Shown: positions 1 to 15,000 of the stretch, piece after piece
Layout: each line of letters opens with the position of its first letter
Numbering within the stretch: the stretch's first letter is position 1
Source of the DNA: Raillietiella orientalis
Lineage: Eukaryota
Assembly: GCA_036172245.1 (NCBI GenBank)
Contig: JAYWIR010000014.1
Coordinates: forward strand, 1,612,001-1,676,000
DNA: 64,000 bases
Direction of reading: 5' to 3'
Translations under genes and position numbers: made by a program
Notes under the pieces: model-generated
Seen by the model: only the letters and a program-made list of their open reading frames with translations
The model's database searches: none
What the model was told of the DNA's origin: nothing

Positions 1-3000
1 TGGCTTTCACACTGTTTGGATTCCATAAAAATACATATGTTCGCGAACATAGTGGGCACGTAGCACGTTTGCACGTGAATACGTTACGAATACGTACAAT
101 ATCTTCCATATACCTGTTTTTATGGAACATACTGCACTGAACGCACTGGTTCGCTACCGCATGCGTTGGTGTCTTGTTAAATGGGTCTCGTTTTCCACGG
201 CGGTCCAGTTAAGGCCAAGCTAAACCGTGGCTATTCAATTCTTATGCTTGCCTTCTGAAAGTACAATACAAAAAAATTATAATCTGCTCCAATAACTATC
301 TTATCTCTCCTCCGTTCCCCAAACATTGTACTCTGAACACTGTTAAAACGGCATGGCTGTTGCAACTTCTTCGCTAGTTGCTCCGAGGTGCACGTCTGTA
401 AAACCGTAGTTTAATTCTCCTGGTGGATACGCCCTGTTGATCTTTCCCAACACTCTCAAATTTAAAACGAGCATTCAGATTCTGATTTTTATGGAAACGC
501 GTTATTAAAGAGGGGATTGAAAAAATTTGCTCACGATATCGCGAGGAATTGTGTGCTTTTTAGTTTTCAGAGCAAAGCAGCAGAAGGCATCAGGGATAGA
601 TGGTGCAGAAGACAGCAACCCTGTGTCGGGAATAGTGAGCGTTATTTGGATAGACTGCACATCACTCGAAATTGCAGTCTGATGGTTCCAGATATTTGAA
701 GGGAGATGTCGGTACTTGGTTACCAAAAGGAAAAGTGTTGCGGAATGTTCTTCTCGCATGCTGGCTGTCCCTGCTCACTAAAAACTCGTGCTGCATGGAC
801 GGAATGAAATGTCAGTTGCTGCCTCTGGAACTTCAGCTCCAAGAGCGGAAGGAAGATAGACTGCATTCTTGAAAAACTTGACATTCTTGGGACGCTGCTC
901 TACAACAGACGATAAATTACGTCCAATCACATTCATGTGCAATTTTCAGACAAGATGTCCATGATGATGCAAGTAAGTATATTCACATAGTGACATGGCA
1001 GTGTTGGAGTCTGATTTTTCATCTCACTGAACAGTCTCAATAAGGAAGATGCTTGAAAAGTCACTTGAAGGCGCAAAAGTTTGCACGTTCACTAGCGTGT
1101 GTGGTCCTTTAATGAATTGTACGTCCAAATGCTTGGATGACGAGTAACTGCTAATACATTTCTGGGCATGTTCCTCTCCAGGAGACAGCACCCAGATAGG
1201 ATTCGAGACTTCCTAAACAAGTTTGGAGCAGCATTTTCACTCACTGTTACTTGGCTCTACTTCGGTAGCCTCTTGCAGTGACTGCTGCTGAATGGCGAAA
1301 AAATAGCTTCCAAGAGGTCGCCTAAAATCAGCTTGGGGTACCACGAACAGATCATACCATCAGCTAAATAGAGCCAGGAAAGTTCGGTGTGAATTCAGAA
1401 GACCGCCAACTTGCAAGAGCCAAAAGCGGGAATCTTTCCAGATCCGCCTCGCCGCCTGCAGCATATGATCCACTGCTATAATTATGACCGGGATGCTTTC
1501 CCTTTTCCGAAAATGCAAGCATGTGCGGAATAGTGAATGACCTGAAGCATAAGTGCGCAATTTTTGTGGATCCAAACACGCCTAAGTTTTCTACTTATAA
1601 GTCATTCACATCCTCAAGATTGTTTTGCTGCCGGTAGCATCGCAATCTCCAGCATTGCCAAATAGAGGCACCGTTAGATGTCAGAAGAGCAACAAAAACT
1701 TTTGTCAAAACCTTCAGAAAGAAGAAGCAACTTCTATCTCAAAAACAAGAAGTCTATGTCGTTTGACGAGAGACAAAGCACTTCATATCATAATTCAGAA
1801 CATCGTAATAGCATTTTATCGAAGAAACTCGTTTTCATTTTAAGTGAAGAAAGATGAATGTGGTAACGACTCAAACATCCCGAGCAACATGATGAGTTTC
1901 CTGCCTTCTGTTCTTGTTCCGGAATCCAACACGGCGGCCACGAGATCAAAATTCCACTTACTCCCACATGTGTGAAAAAGGGAAAAGAAACTCAAGCAAC
2001 AATTTGGAAGCTATTGAACTTTGGAGTATGTAAAAACGTACCCACAGGTTTTTGGATGAAGTGAGTTTTGGTAAACGACATGATTTTTGCAACCCAACGA
2101 GAATAAATACAACAGCCATCGGTCGTACAGAAATCAAGTAGACGCAGAATACAGGCGAAAGAGCTTTGCTTGCCGTCTGCTATACTTCCTGTCCGATAAC
2201 AGCATTGGAAATGCTAGAGAATCTCCAAAAGATACACTGCACCTTACCTCAGAAGTTGGCACCCATCGCTCAGCAGGCCCACGTTGGAATCACTAGAGAG
2301 TTTGCAATTAAACAAATGATAGTGAAAATTTTCAAAGTGATGATGATTCTCGTGATTGCGTGAAAAATGAATCTGATCGTCAGGGAAACTCGAGTCTGTG
2401 ATCCGAATCCGGATGCGAAAGTATTCATTCTAACCTTGAAGATTCGAGTAGCTGGAGTGACAGGAATACCTGGTTTCGTGCTGCATAAATCAGTTCTGAA
2501 TAATTTTTAAGCCACACTAAGATGCTGCTCCTTTCCAAATACCCTCAACATTATCAGACACCGGCTGTTACGATTTGTTGGACGCAGCTATCTTGGGACA
2601 CCTGTGCCACCACATACGTGTACTCTTACATGTGTACATACGTACATGGACCCCTATAATTTCTGTATAGACATGTATGTATTCATGCATAATAACTAAG
2701 GTACAAAAATGATAAATTAGATATAAATGAGCATAATTCATTAGTAAATTAAATATGCAATAAAAAAAAACGGAACTGTACCATAGCAAATGAATATTTG
2801 TACCATAGCAAACATGTTTTTTTGCCATCATTTCGGCACAGCAAGACTTGTTTTGGAATATTGTATACGACAGATCATGGATCATATGGGATATTCTAAA
2901 AGGATACTACGAATCACTGATTTATAATGTATGATAAAACCTTGATTCTTTGCTTATAATACAGCCAAATGGTTGCAAGAATAGAAGGAAAGTGGAATTG

Positions 3001-6000
3001 AAAGCTATGGTCAGCCAAAGGAAAATAGAATGAATTCATTCAGCGTCTGGAAGCCATTTTCTCCCAAGACATTAAAAACTGAGATTAAAAAGAGCAGGCT
3101 ACGTCGGGAACGAGTCACCATGAGCTGTTTATGAATTTACTCTTCCATTCAACCACAATGAACAATTCACGGGGTGATTTAGCAAAATGCAAAAGTCTTA
3201 TGCTACTTCCACTTTCAGATTGATCAGGTGGTTTGGAAGTTGAGGAAGATAACATCTCTGTTACATTTTCAGATGGAGTTACATTTCGTTTTAATGGAAA
3301 AGGAAAAAAAAATGGTATTACAGCTTCTCGAAGGTTTGAGAAGAAACCTTTTCAAAGGACAACGTTTAGCATGTGCCTTGCAAAGAATTCGATTTTAGTT
3401 TTGTGAAACTTTCTTTGCTCTTTTCAGGACCCGATCGTAAATGAGAAACTGTTGCTTGTGAATGCCTTTGGTTACCCTGCTGATCGCTTTCACCAGAATA
3501 AGAAGCAAAATTATTTTTCGGCAATGGGAATCTCCGGTGCTAGTAAGCAAGGAGGTTGCTTGGGAGACTTGAAGGGTCATTTTTCGGATCACATCTCGCA
3601 CATAAGGTTGCTTTCTTTCTGGTTGTGATGGGCAGATGCCAGTTTCCTATCACAGCTTCCGTAGTCACTCCACCCGTAGAACTAAAATGGTACTAGTATC
3701 ATCGTACAGAATCGGGAAATACCTGGCAATATGCGTGTATCATAGATCAGCGCGTCGTGAAAGAAAGATGGCTGACTCGAGGAAGACAGGGAATCTGTGG
3801 CAAGAAAAAACTATGCTGAATCCATTATTGGGAATAGGAAGGGACTGCGGCATGCCAGCTATCCCTGTCGTTCACAGATTTAAAAAAAAGCCTTACTTTT
3901 ATGAAGGACTTGATGAAGAACCAAAGAATTTGATTCCATCATTTCGGAAGTATCCAAGGCCTCCTCACAGCTCAATGCAGATCAAAAAAAAAAAAACAGT
4001 TTTGTATGCTCATCCATATAAAAATGAGTAATCAAAATTTCATATAAGTTTTCATAAGAAGATGTCTTGGAAATGTTACGCATATGCTTCATCCCTTGTG
4101 AACACACCGATATGATACGCGGAATCGAAGAAAGCACCTAATTCTTCGTATACATCCAGAATACAGGTACAATATTTCCAAAAATGAAGTGGAGCAGTTG
4201 GAGAAAAAGCGTCGCTGTCACGAAGACATGAAACTGTCACGTCGCTGTCATGAAATCATCTAGGCACCTCTTGTTCACTTGCATCTACGTAATTTTGGCA
4301 TATCTTGTTCTGTTCTTCACTTGCCTTCATCTTTTTCCCAACCTGCTTGGAAGATGGATCCAGATTCTGGAAAACCTTTGAGTATATCTCAGCGATAGTG
4401 CAAAGCTTTTTCCCGACTACATTTTTCTTAGAATTACTATCATTACTTCTGTAATGATAGTACTGCTATGGAACACCACGTCCACCCCACGCACCAAGGG
4501 GGGGAAAGTCAAGATTTTGGAACACTCCTAGCAAAGTTACTCGTGGCTTTGATTTCTCGTTGGGAATTGCCAAATGCAAGGCGTAGGCGCTTTCGAAACT
4601 CGTGTCTTCCATTACGAAACGTTTTTTCAAAAAGAGTTCTGTTTCATGAAATTGGATCTCTGCGAGCATTTTTTACGAGACGAAAACTTGTTTTGTTTTG
4701 TAACCTTTGCATCTTACGGTGGAAGAGCTGCTATTGCTCCGTTCTATGATTCGCTTCTCGTCCTAAAATCTTCGTGAAAGTTGTGTACCGACTGCTGTCG
4801 CAAAACGAGAATGGAGAATCTACCACCAGCTAATAGGCTAGTTGAACCAGAACCCTAGGAAGGTCAGAAGAGCTAAATGTCACGCTTCATGGAAATACAG
4901 CAGTGATATTTCCAACCAGGAAATGGCATGCAAATGCACGAGAGACATTCTTGCGCGCTACGAAGAGTAACTGAGAGGTGTCTTACACATCTCAAGAGGT
5001 TCAACTTGTTCTTGCGTTCTCCAAAGCAATGAATTTGAAGGAAGAGTGGGAAGTAACCCTTGCGTTTGTTGTTGTTGTGTTTTTTTGTCTATCCTTTAAC
5101 GGGTTTTATTATTCCTACTGAAGTTCCGTTATTTTCGTGTTCGCGTTGACTCTGCAACAGCTGACAAAGGTCCGGTAGTTTGAAGCAAATTACTGAGTAA
5201 CCGCCTTTCTGAGGAAGAATCATAGAGAAAATTCAAAAACGCATGCGGCTTGCTTAAGTTTGCGGAATTGCATCCTTCTTCTCGTATGCAACAGGACGTA
5301 CAAGTACGGGATATAGCCTTTTGCCCTTCCTGACATCAGAATGTTACGACTCTCTACTCATCCAGCAGTTGAATGCAGACTGCTTTTTCCACCGCGTCTG
5401 AGGTTTCGATCCTGCAAACAGTCAGCTTAAAAAAATCATTCGGATCCTTCCTAGTTTCACATGTCACACGAGCACGGTGCAGATGATAAAAGACGTCATC
5501 ATTTCAGTCCACACAAAACTGAGTCATCAACCCATTCTCTGTCGCCTCATAAACCATTCCTCCTCTGAGACAGACGCCTGAATCTCCAAATGAACAAGCT
5601 CCCCAAGGCCAGCTCTTGATTCTGACTGGAAATCTTCCTATGCAGAAGCTCACTCCGCTGAGAGTAAAGAGACTTGCATCAGCCTTGATATAAGAGAGAA
5701 TGCACCCAACATCACAGATCCCTCTTCCAGACGTCCCTTAAACTTCCCTTCATGCAACGCTGGAGTTCTGTGTGATGAAAACAATTCGAGTGACCCCAAA
5801 AGCAAATTATTTTCTTAGAATATAGGGACTGCTCCCGTTTAAAGCAGGAGCCATTCTTGTGATATCAAGGAGTGGTCGATGACCGCACAAATCAATAACA
5901 CTTTTGCCTTTTTTTTTTTTTTTTTTCGTTCATCAACACCTGCAAAAAAAAATGTGCAAAGAGAACTCTATTATTTCCGGCTAACAGAACCATTTGTTAA

Positions 6001-9000
6001 ACAGCCCTTTGAGAGTCAGTCGAAGGTGGAGAAGAGAGACGCTTCTCAACCTATTCGCAGACTCGTGCATACGAAATTCTCCCTACGTCTTTCTTTGCAT
6101 GTGATGTGAATAGTGAGGAGTTGATGGTAAGGTTCATCCATTCAGATCTCAAGCTCTTAACCTCCAGACTTTTTCAAAAGAACAGCTAGACATCGCCAAG
6201 CACAACTACAACGCGGAACAGTTCCCCTCTTATGATGCCATCATCTGTATAACGCAAATCATGTATTTACACAGCGATCTAAGTCAAAAGAGATCCATTT
6301 TTCTCCTTCCATATCTATTTCAGATAAAGTGTGATATATGATTTCCTAAAATAACTAAAAATTGCTAATTTTGAATGGCAACTTGTAGTGCTTTCCTTTG
6401 TCACTCTGATGATGCTCATCAATGTTGAATAACATTCTTTTGTGCCATCACCTATTTTTTTTTACACTCCACCAACACTGTTTCCTCGGTCTCAAGGAAT
6501 GAACTTCTCTTCGAGAGTGCTGCAAAGCTACAGAAGGTGCAGAAGGTGTTCAGAATCAGGGGGAAGATCGATCATCTTGATGACCTACTAGCAACACTTC
6601 AAAATCACTATTTGGTTTCTGTGTGCTTTGCATACAGACTGCTACTACATGGGAAAGAGCATCATGTCCTACCCAGCCCCTCTGAGTTATAAGCGGTATT
6701 CCAATTTTCGGAATTTTAAGGCAACTCACTGGTAATATAAGCTAGATAGAATAAAAATGGAAAATAAAAGCTTAGTACTCACGCAGCTCAATTTTAGCTT
6801 GTACCCCTACCAGAAAAGCTCTGGGGATGCCCTATTTGAACAGGTTTCCGTCTCAGTTTCCTCATTCATCAAGCAGTCTCTTGTTTTGTTGGTTCAAAAT
6901 TATACCGGCCATGATGTCGAGGTTACCATATGCAGCTGAAGTCTACATCGAGAGACTGATACCCCCTATTGCCTCCATATGGATTCCTGATTGTCTAAAA
7001 AGGAAACAGAAAATCATATGGAATTAACCAAAGGAATATCCTAACCAGAAGGAAAGCAAATGGCTGGGAATGGCCATTTTGATTGCTTCGACTCCAGAGA
7101 TGACTGGAAAGAGTGCTCAGCACAGACAGTCGCTTAGAAGCTCACATTCGGTGAGTCAAGGCTGTTGACTTGAACACTGACATGACTAGAAGGCGTAGTT
7201 GGCCGCAGAGTCCAGATAAACCCTTACCGTTGCTTAGTAGCATTCAGAAAAATGGAATTGGTATATGCCAAGAAGGCATACCGAAGAGTTACAGTTTTAT
7301 GAAATCTGAATGCATTTTTCTAGTGACCGATACAAGAGGCCATCTGAGCTTCAGATCTATTAATTCGCACCCAACCACGTGAAAAAGTCCTTGCACCACT
7401 GTGTTCGTTGCTGAGCAGAAATGTTATTTCCAGCATGGCAAAGACGGCACAATTGGTGAAAAAAGAGATATAAATAGGGGAGAAATGACCAGTCTTCCAA
7501 ACGTCGGAAGCCATATCACTTGTTTATGGAATAACAAAAGAGATCTGAGAACGAGAGAGACATTTATTGACAACATCTATTATCATTCTGACAATGTTCA
7601 CAAGTCCATAAAATACCAATGAAGAAAGAAAAATCTATAATCACAATAACAGGCTTGCAAATTAATGTGCAGTCTTAGTTAATCATCTATCAGTTTATCA
7701 TCAGCGATTACTAAGGATGATGGAAGCATTAGAGAGAAGGACAGAGAACCAGTGTGCTCTGAAATAAACTGCTGAAAAGATATCTCAAGTAAAAGAGAAA
7801 CCGAAAGGATTTCTTTATCCATTCATACCTCTTTAGAACGGAAGCGCTCATGCTTCCCACCATCCAATTTTCATGCATCTACAATCTGAGATTTTTCGGT
7901 CAGAGAACAAGACGCATCTTTTCTATTTGATGATTAACTGCTTGTATACAGGGTCAGATATTCTAATATAGAAAAATGTTGGTTGGTACATGTTGACTGT
8001 TTTCTGTTGTTAGCATGCGGAACTAATCAAATTCCAGTAGCAGAATATCCGAAGAACTTCGTCAATGGCTTTTCTTATGTAGTAATATGATTTTGTAATA
8101 TAATCACGTGTTCTGATTTATGGTGTATAGGTGACCTTCCTATTAGTGGATAAAAAATACAGGAGAAAAGAATGAAATGTAATGCAACGTGACGACGAAC
8201 CCACACTCTTTTGACTCTGACAGTTGGGTATTAGATCTCAAGTAGAGTGGGAGTGAAGAGGTCATCATGGTGTTTTCTGGATATGTGATCACAATCGATA
8301 TCACTCATAGCCATAGAGACAATATTTCTTTATATCTATGATGAGGAAAAAGGAGAATAGCACCCCACATATCCCGAAGAGCTAATGTGGGAGACAAAGG
8401 AGTCAGGAACACAAAATGGGAGCTCATCTACTCGGAAATAATAAATTTGCGTTTCCTTGTTCAGGAGTGAGAAACTGCCAAAGAACTTGGTCTTTGTCTT
8501 CACAATATTTTTCTTATAGATTTGTAAGTTTTGATAGTCTTTTACCAGCTCCCTGATATGATCCATCTACTCTGTAGCTTTTGTGGACGAGTCTTTAGCG
8601 ACAAGTTGACACTAATACTCAGAGGATTAGGAAAGAACTTTTCCAAGAACAACATTTCTGCCACACCATTACTGGAATTTCAGAAAAGGTGAAACCATTC
8701 TTTCATCTTTAGAAAAGGGTAAAAACTGAATTTTCTTTTGTTTTTGGTAAGTTCTAGAGATATTCTGCGTACTAGACCTTGCTGGACCAAGTTGTTCCAC
8801 ATCTAGAGCAATAACCAAGTTCTTTCCTTCTTTTATCCTTTTCGTCCCCTTCTTCGCTATAATCAACAGGCATGCCAAGCCATGATTTAATTTAAAAAAC
8901 AAAAGCTGTCTCGATTTGGTCCAAGGGCAGCAAGTACCAGAAGATGCGCAAAGGTGTTAAAAAAAATACTAAAGAAAGCAGAACAAAAAACTATTCTCTC

Positions 9001-12000
9001 GATCCCATGAGCATGCTACATTTTGGCCATTATTTCGGATCATCACTGTACCCGAAACACAATGCTGCCTTCCAAGATCGGAGTGCGAGACGAGCAAGCA
9101 GCTTCAAGAGTTCTTCGGAGAGAGGTTCCAGGCAACCAGAGCCACACTGCACCTCATTTCTGTTCCGCTTAGATTCGTCCTGGTTACACTCATGATACGT
9201 ATATCCACGTATTTTAGGTGCATCATTCTGGCTCTTTCTATTTCCGACCTATTTGTGCTTGTTTGTGGTGTCATAGATACAACTCCTCTGGAACAAGGAT
9301 TCCGGAACAAGTGTTCAGTTCGAAACCCGATTCCTCCTCTAAATCATCTCCCATACCAGTTGAAGGATCCCAGAGACTCCTCTTTCCATTTCAAGACGGG
9401 AGGGCTGGGATGGTTGTCACTTGGGAGGCCTCATAGTGGGGCATTTACTGCTGCTTTTAGAGCAGCTGAGAAAGCAGATCCTAGAAGAATGACCGGATCG
9501 CTCCTTCCTAACTTCCAAAGTTCCTTTGAATCGAGTTGGTGCTCCGCAGTGGATGCAAGAGATGTCTCCTGGTGGTATGCAGCGGTGATTGTGTAAAATT
9601 CTCTTCCTATTTCAAGATCTTTCTCCCCTCCCCCTCCCCGTGTCTCTCTAAGATGGGAGAGTTTGACTCTCTCGACGTTTCATCACCAGGAAAAATGACG
9701 GCCTCATCGGCAGAGAATGAGGACTTTGACCAACCACCAAAGTCCAGACCGGGTCGAGACTCTGGGACGAAGCAAAAGATGCTGCTGAATGTAAGGGTGA
9801 GGCAGAGGAATTGCAGAATGCTGCCTCTTGGGCACTTCCTTCGCCTATCTTCTTTCCACATTGGTACCCGCACTCTTTCTGCTCGTAATGCCACTCCCTT
9901 GAAGGAAGCTTAGATGCTCTTGGATTCGAAAGCGCCCACTACTTACGCGTAGTTGTGAGTCTGCTCTTTCACCTCTCATTTCCCGTTGAAATGCAGTTTG
10001 GACCTCGAGAGATGCTGGGCTAAGGATAAAGAAGGTTTAGAATTTCTCGGGATGAGGAAGAAAGAAATGTAGAAAAATGATCCAGTGCACAGACAGCGGA
10101 GTGGAAAAGATGAGCACTTTGGAAAAACAAATTCTGAAGAGAACGAGAGGATGCGAATGAGATCAGATGCGAAGCTACAGATCGCCACAGGATTCAATAC
10201 GTAATCCGCAGTTCACTAGCTCCCAGTTCATCGAGTTTGAAGGTGCGCGACCAAGGACCAAATTTCTCCTCCCAGTTGAAGCATGATTGGGTGAATCGAT
10301 GATTCTGGATTCATAGGGACCTCCCAACTCTACATTTCATGTGGAGGAATCTGCAGCCGACCTCTAGAATCTGGTCGTTGAGTTCATCTCGAAGAATAGA
10401 AGACCTGCAAGAAAAGCAAATCATCCTTTTCATTCTTCTTGAGCCAACGCTGTCTCCAAATGCTTTCAGAGCCAGAGTCCATCCCTATGTTGAGGAGACC
10501 TGACAAAGATTGGGAGCCTGCAAAGCTTCAACTGATGTCATTTCTTCCGTCTGGCATCATCGTGCAGTTGTCTACGTTTGCTGCTGCCGCAGGAACGAAT
10601 AGGGCTGGAGAGGAATAAATGAAGAGCGCGCTGATGATGAGCACAGCGTCCAGGTCAGGCAAATGATGAGCAGAGCGAAAGGATTCGTGGGATTTCTCCG
10701 CAATCCATAAGGATTTCCCGCCGCATTCGTGACCCTGGAAGCAATCCTGTCATGCTACAAAACCACTCGCGGACACGCAGGTAGTCGAGCGGCAATTCAT
10801 ACATCCGCAGGCACTGTGGATGCCGTTTTCGCTTCTGGTTCCACTCAGAGTGCGGAGGAGTCTGATTGCATCACTTTCAGCCTCACCGACGGTCCTTTGA
10901 GGACAAAGGACGATGAAGACGTGTCTTCATTCAAGGTTTGCACTCATTACAGGTGACTCTTGAACACTGTATTTAACACGGGCAGACGTTCTTGAAGCAT
11001 TCTGAGGATCAACTCGTGGAAGCCTCGCTCTTGAAGGAGGGGAAAAAACAGCAGATGTGTAGCCCTATCGGAAGTTGGGTTATTGGTTGTTCTTAGAATA
11101 AGCGGGACGAACCCGGGGTCCTCTGAGATCCCACTCGACAAGCTCTTTCGGGTCATAAACACCTGGCCCTCTCGGAAGTTAATTTGGTCCCTCCCGCTCA
11201 GCGAAGCAACCCGGGACCTCGGGTCGCGAAACTCCGCCTCCTTCCGCAGGCAGATAGCGACCGGAAGCCATCCTCCCGCGTCTGTATGAGTGTTATCTGT
11301 CCCTCGGCCCTTCGCCCCGTGCATTCCGTGTCAACGTCCCCAGCTAAAGACAGTCAAGTCCGCTTTCCTATGGATTTGATTTGCAGAACAGGATGACCAT
11401 CATTCGAGTCCTCCCCAATTCCTCCTTCCCTGGGAGAAGCGGCAGGTGTTTCGAATCCCTCCCTATTTTCCCGCCCAACATTCTGCTGACCAGCAACCGA
11501 CTTATGGCTTTCGTGAGACCAGAGCGGCAATGCAGCGAGGCCAAGAAAGGCTTTCCGTATGAAACCGGTTTTCCGAAACATCAGAGATAAGGAGAAATCG
11601 GGTGCTGCGGATGCGAATAAAAAGTTCCACGAGTCCACTGCCCTAACCTCATGTGTTCAGCGGCGGGCCCCCACGCCCACTTCCAGCTCTGCACCTTTCG
11701 AACCTACAGGTTCACTCGAAAGGCGAAGAGTCGAGGAAGCATTCAATCTGCATCCCGTCCAGATCAGCCGAGTCTGAAGAGTTGATTTATGCCAGATAAG
11801 CTGCGCACAGACCTCGGTACTGGACGGCTTCGGATTGTCCTTTGCGCCATCTGAACGGTACCACGAGTTTCTCTGGTTAGCATTCACCAACCTCTTGGTT
11901 TTCTGGTTATCTTACAAGAGCATTTCATGTCCACTCTGTCCATTTTAGCACGAAGAAACACTTGACCTTTTTTCCTTTCTCCTGAAGAGGTTGTTCTGTG

Positions 12001-15000
12001 TGCCATTCTGATGCCCCGATCTTTTCTCGGTGTACGTGAGCTTCTTCATTCTTTCCAAAGATCAGGAATCTGCGCGAATCAGAAACCCACACACGCAGCC
12101 CCCTCCAAGAACTTGTAATTGATTCTCTTCCTTCCTCCATTTTTTTTTCTTTTCGTTCTTGCGGTCTTCCGAGGTCTTCTGAGTGTGGAATAATGGGAAT
12201 TCTGGTGGTGCTGATATCGTGATTTGAGTGGGAGAGTGCGAATCACTAACAGTGGAATGGACAAGCTTAATTCAAGTGTTCCCAAGGTTTTGATCATGAA
12301 GGAATAACATGTTCTGTTACGCTAAGAGTCCTCATTTCTTAATAAGTGGTAGTTATTCGTACTGTATACACTGAGAGGGTACACTCATAAGCATAGGAAC
12401 AGGGAGAGAAGTAGTCATATAGCTTCCACGAAATGTCGGTACCACGGAGGGGGCTTAAAGGAGAGGTGGTGAATGTGAGTAAGAGAGAGTGTGAAGATGA
12501 AAGAAAGGCGAAAGAGCCCGGCAGCTGCCGGCCGAGCTCCGCCATTTAGCCACAATGCCTCATTCCCCCTGCGAATGCAGCTTCGATACTAAAACCAGTG
12601 CACGTTTCCCATTCTCCATCCGGTTCTTCTCGATCCCAATTATTTTATCAATGTTTGATGCTGAATCACCAGTCACCTATCCTTTACCTTTCTTCCCGTT
12701 TTTCACACCTATTTTCCACTGGTATGGCAGGATAACTCACCTTCTTCCGCTTGGGTCAATCCCCTGGAATTCCTGAGAAGAGGATCCTATTCTTACGGGG
12801 CGGCCGCCATGGTATCTACAGAAACGCTGAAGATCTGGAAAGCTGTCGCGTTCCCTGGATGAAAGAAGTGATCGAACATAAGAGACATATCTCCGAGCAG
12901 ACGCGAAGAACTTGAAAAATACAGAAAAATCTCGACGCCATAGATTACGGGCGGACGAATGGTGGCGTCCGTCTTACGGAGCTTGTTGTGGTCTCTACGA
13001 AGAGAGAGGTTGTTTGCAAGCATCCTGCCCTTTTCATCACAGCAGGAAGATGGGTAACCCTTTAGAAAAATCCTCCAGATTGCCAAACCACCCGTGGCAT
13101 GATTTCCTTTTGCATCTTTTCTCAAACTCCTTCTAGGACCTACCCGCTGTGGAATCCTCTCCGCCGTTCCTGTTTTCCCTTGCGGCCTCCCTCGAAGATC
13201 CAGACGAATCCGAGCATCCCTTCGAACTGCCGAGAGGATCATCGCATCGAGGCAGTCCGTTCCTTCCAGGATCATTCTGGCTTACCAGCAGCCCCAAGCT
13301 CACTTTTTGTACACGCTCGACGCTTGACCAGAAATGGAACCTCCTCCCACCTACCTTCCCCAAATCGATGTCCCCACGAACGCGTTCCCGTCTACTTGCT
13401 CATTCGTGAGTAGACGAGGAGTGATCGCCTCCTCAGGCGAGGTCACCACTGGCCTGCCACTCCTCGCGTTGTTTCTGTGCGCCGCTCTGCTCCGGGTCCA
13501 ACAATTATGCTCCAGCCTCCCCACTTTTTGATTTGGTCCCCTTCCTCCATTTGAGTGAAAAACTCTCTATTGCCTCAGCTAGAATGAGACTCCCACAGTA
13601 TACGCCTGAGGGGCTCAACCCTCATTGTTCCTTCCCTCACCGAGCGTTGGATTGGCATTTTCCATCCTCGCGCTCCGCAGCGACCGCCGAGAGCAGAAAC
13701 GAGGGGGATAACCGGAGGGAGATGGGGAAGGGAGGAGAAGAACGAGGAAGATGCCTCTCTCTGCTCATGGACCAGCGTCTATCACTTCGGAAGAACCTTT
13801 ACTCTGCCATTCTCCCAGCAAACTTGGTACCCACCTGCGTACCTCGAGTCGTCCCAGATCGCACCACCTCCGCAAACCCAAGACCTAAACGGAAGGACCT
13901 CTCGGTACGTTGCCAAGCATCCCTGTCCTTCTCCAACGTCTCTTTCAAAGGAACAAGGAGCGAAACTTTCCTGTGGACAGGGAGTGAACTCCCTCCGGGC
14001 ACAGAAGAGGCGTCTCCTACCTTCCATTGACCCCGATCTGGGATCGACACCGCCACCCTTCCCTGCCGTCATGCCAGCGCCCTGAGCTTCTCCCGTTCTC
14101 CCTAGTGCCCACCTTGTCACGCATTTTCCTGAGAAGCGGGTGGGATCCGCCAAGCCATCAGGTGAAGTCAGGGGCAACCGCCTCACCGATTTCCGATTTC
14201 CTGACCGCTCCCGGGTCTTCGTAGCTCTCACGTGTAGTTTGCGGAAGGCAGGCACAGGACCGACCAGTCAGGCAGGATTCCCGCTTCCTTCTCGCTTTCA
14301 GCCTTCAGCTCTCGAGGAAGGAAGGGAGGGGGGGAAGGAGGGGGAGAACCGTTCCGCAGCTCTTCCTCATCCAGGGCTCGAAATACGGCCGCTTCCCGGA
14401 AGAGTCTTCTTCCTCCCCTCAATCCCTCGGAACGCATCCCGCGCTGCTGGTGCTCCTCTGGCTGAGCGAAAGATGAAGTGAAGGCGAACCAGCGCGCACT
14501 GCGCGGAACGGACGTGCGCATCAATCACGTCTGCTTTCCTGAGGCTGGATGGACGGAATTCCCGGGAGTTGCAGGAGAACCGCGTCGTTTCCGACTCCCT
14601 CCCGGGAGAGAGGAAAGGAGGGGGTCGGTCCCGAGCCTCCGCGTCGCCCCTGAGGGCACTCCTGGGGGAACGAAGAGTCTTTCCTTCTTCCGGCTCGCAT
14701 CGGGCCCCCATCTCGCTGTCCGGAAGGGGACACTTTCGAACTCGCGTCGCCAGGGGAGGAGCAGAGGCCCAGTGAGGAGGAAGATGAAGAGTCATCGGTT
14801 CCTCCCTTGGCCTCTCTCCAGATCCCGCTCCGCATTTAGGAATTCCACGAAGCGGCGAAGGCTCGCCGACGGGAGTGCCGATCACCGGCAGATCTTCCCA
14901 GATTCCCGCCGTCTGCCCACCAAAGCTCTGTGACTTCCTTTTTTCCCCTTCCTCCTCCCCCTCCTCTTCCCCCCTCCCTCCCCTTTTTTTGTTTTCTTTC

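Noticed and set aside
2777..2812. 14-bp direct repeat tgtaccatagcaaa separated by 8 nt
   Set aside because: Only two copies, consistent with a simple slippage duplication; it is neither an array nor a target-site duplication around an element.
8336..10420. Protein-looking minus-strand ORFs and strong acceptor-like sites (e.g. ttgcttttcttgcag near 10405)
   Set aside because: Frames following the acceptors close quickly and I could not build a consistent gene model. Non-coding or UTR exons cannot be excluded.
10663..10709. Hammerhead-like string aTGATGA-gcagagc-GAAA-ggatt...aatcc
   Set aside because: It lacks the C of CUGANGA and the U of the NUH cleavage site, and no stem I is evident.
13532..13544. 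tttggtccccttc, matching the 5' part of miR-133 as I recall it
   Set aside because: The 3' half diverges completely and no precursor hairpin is evident.
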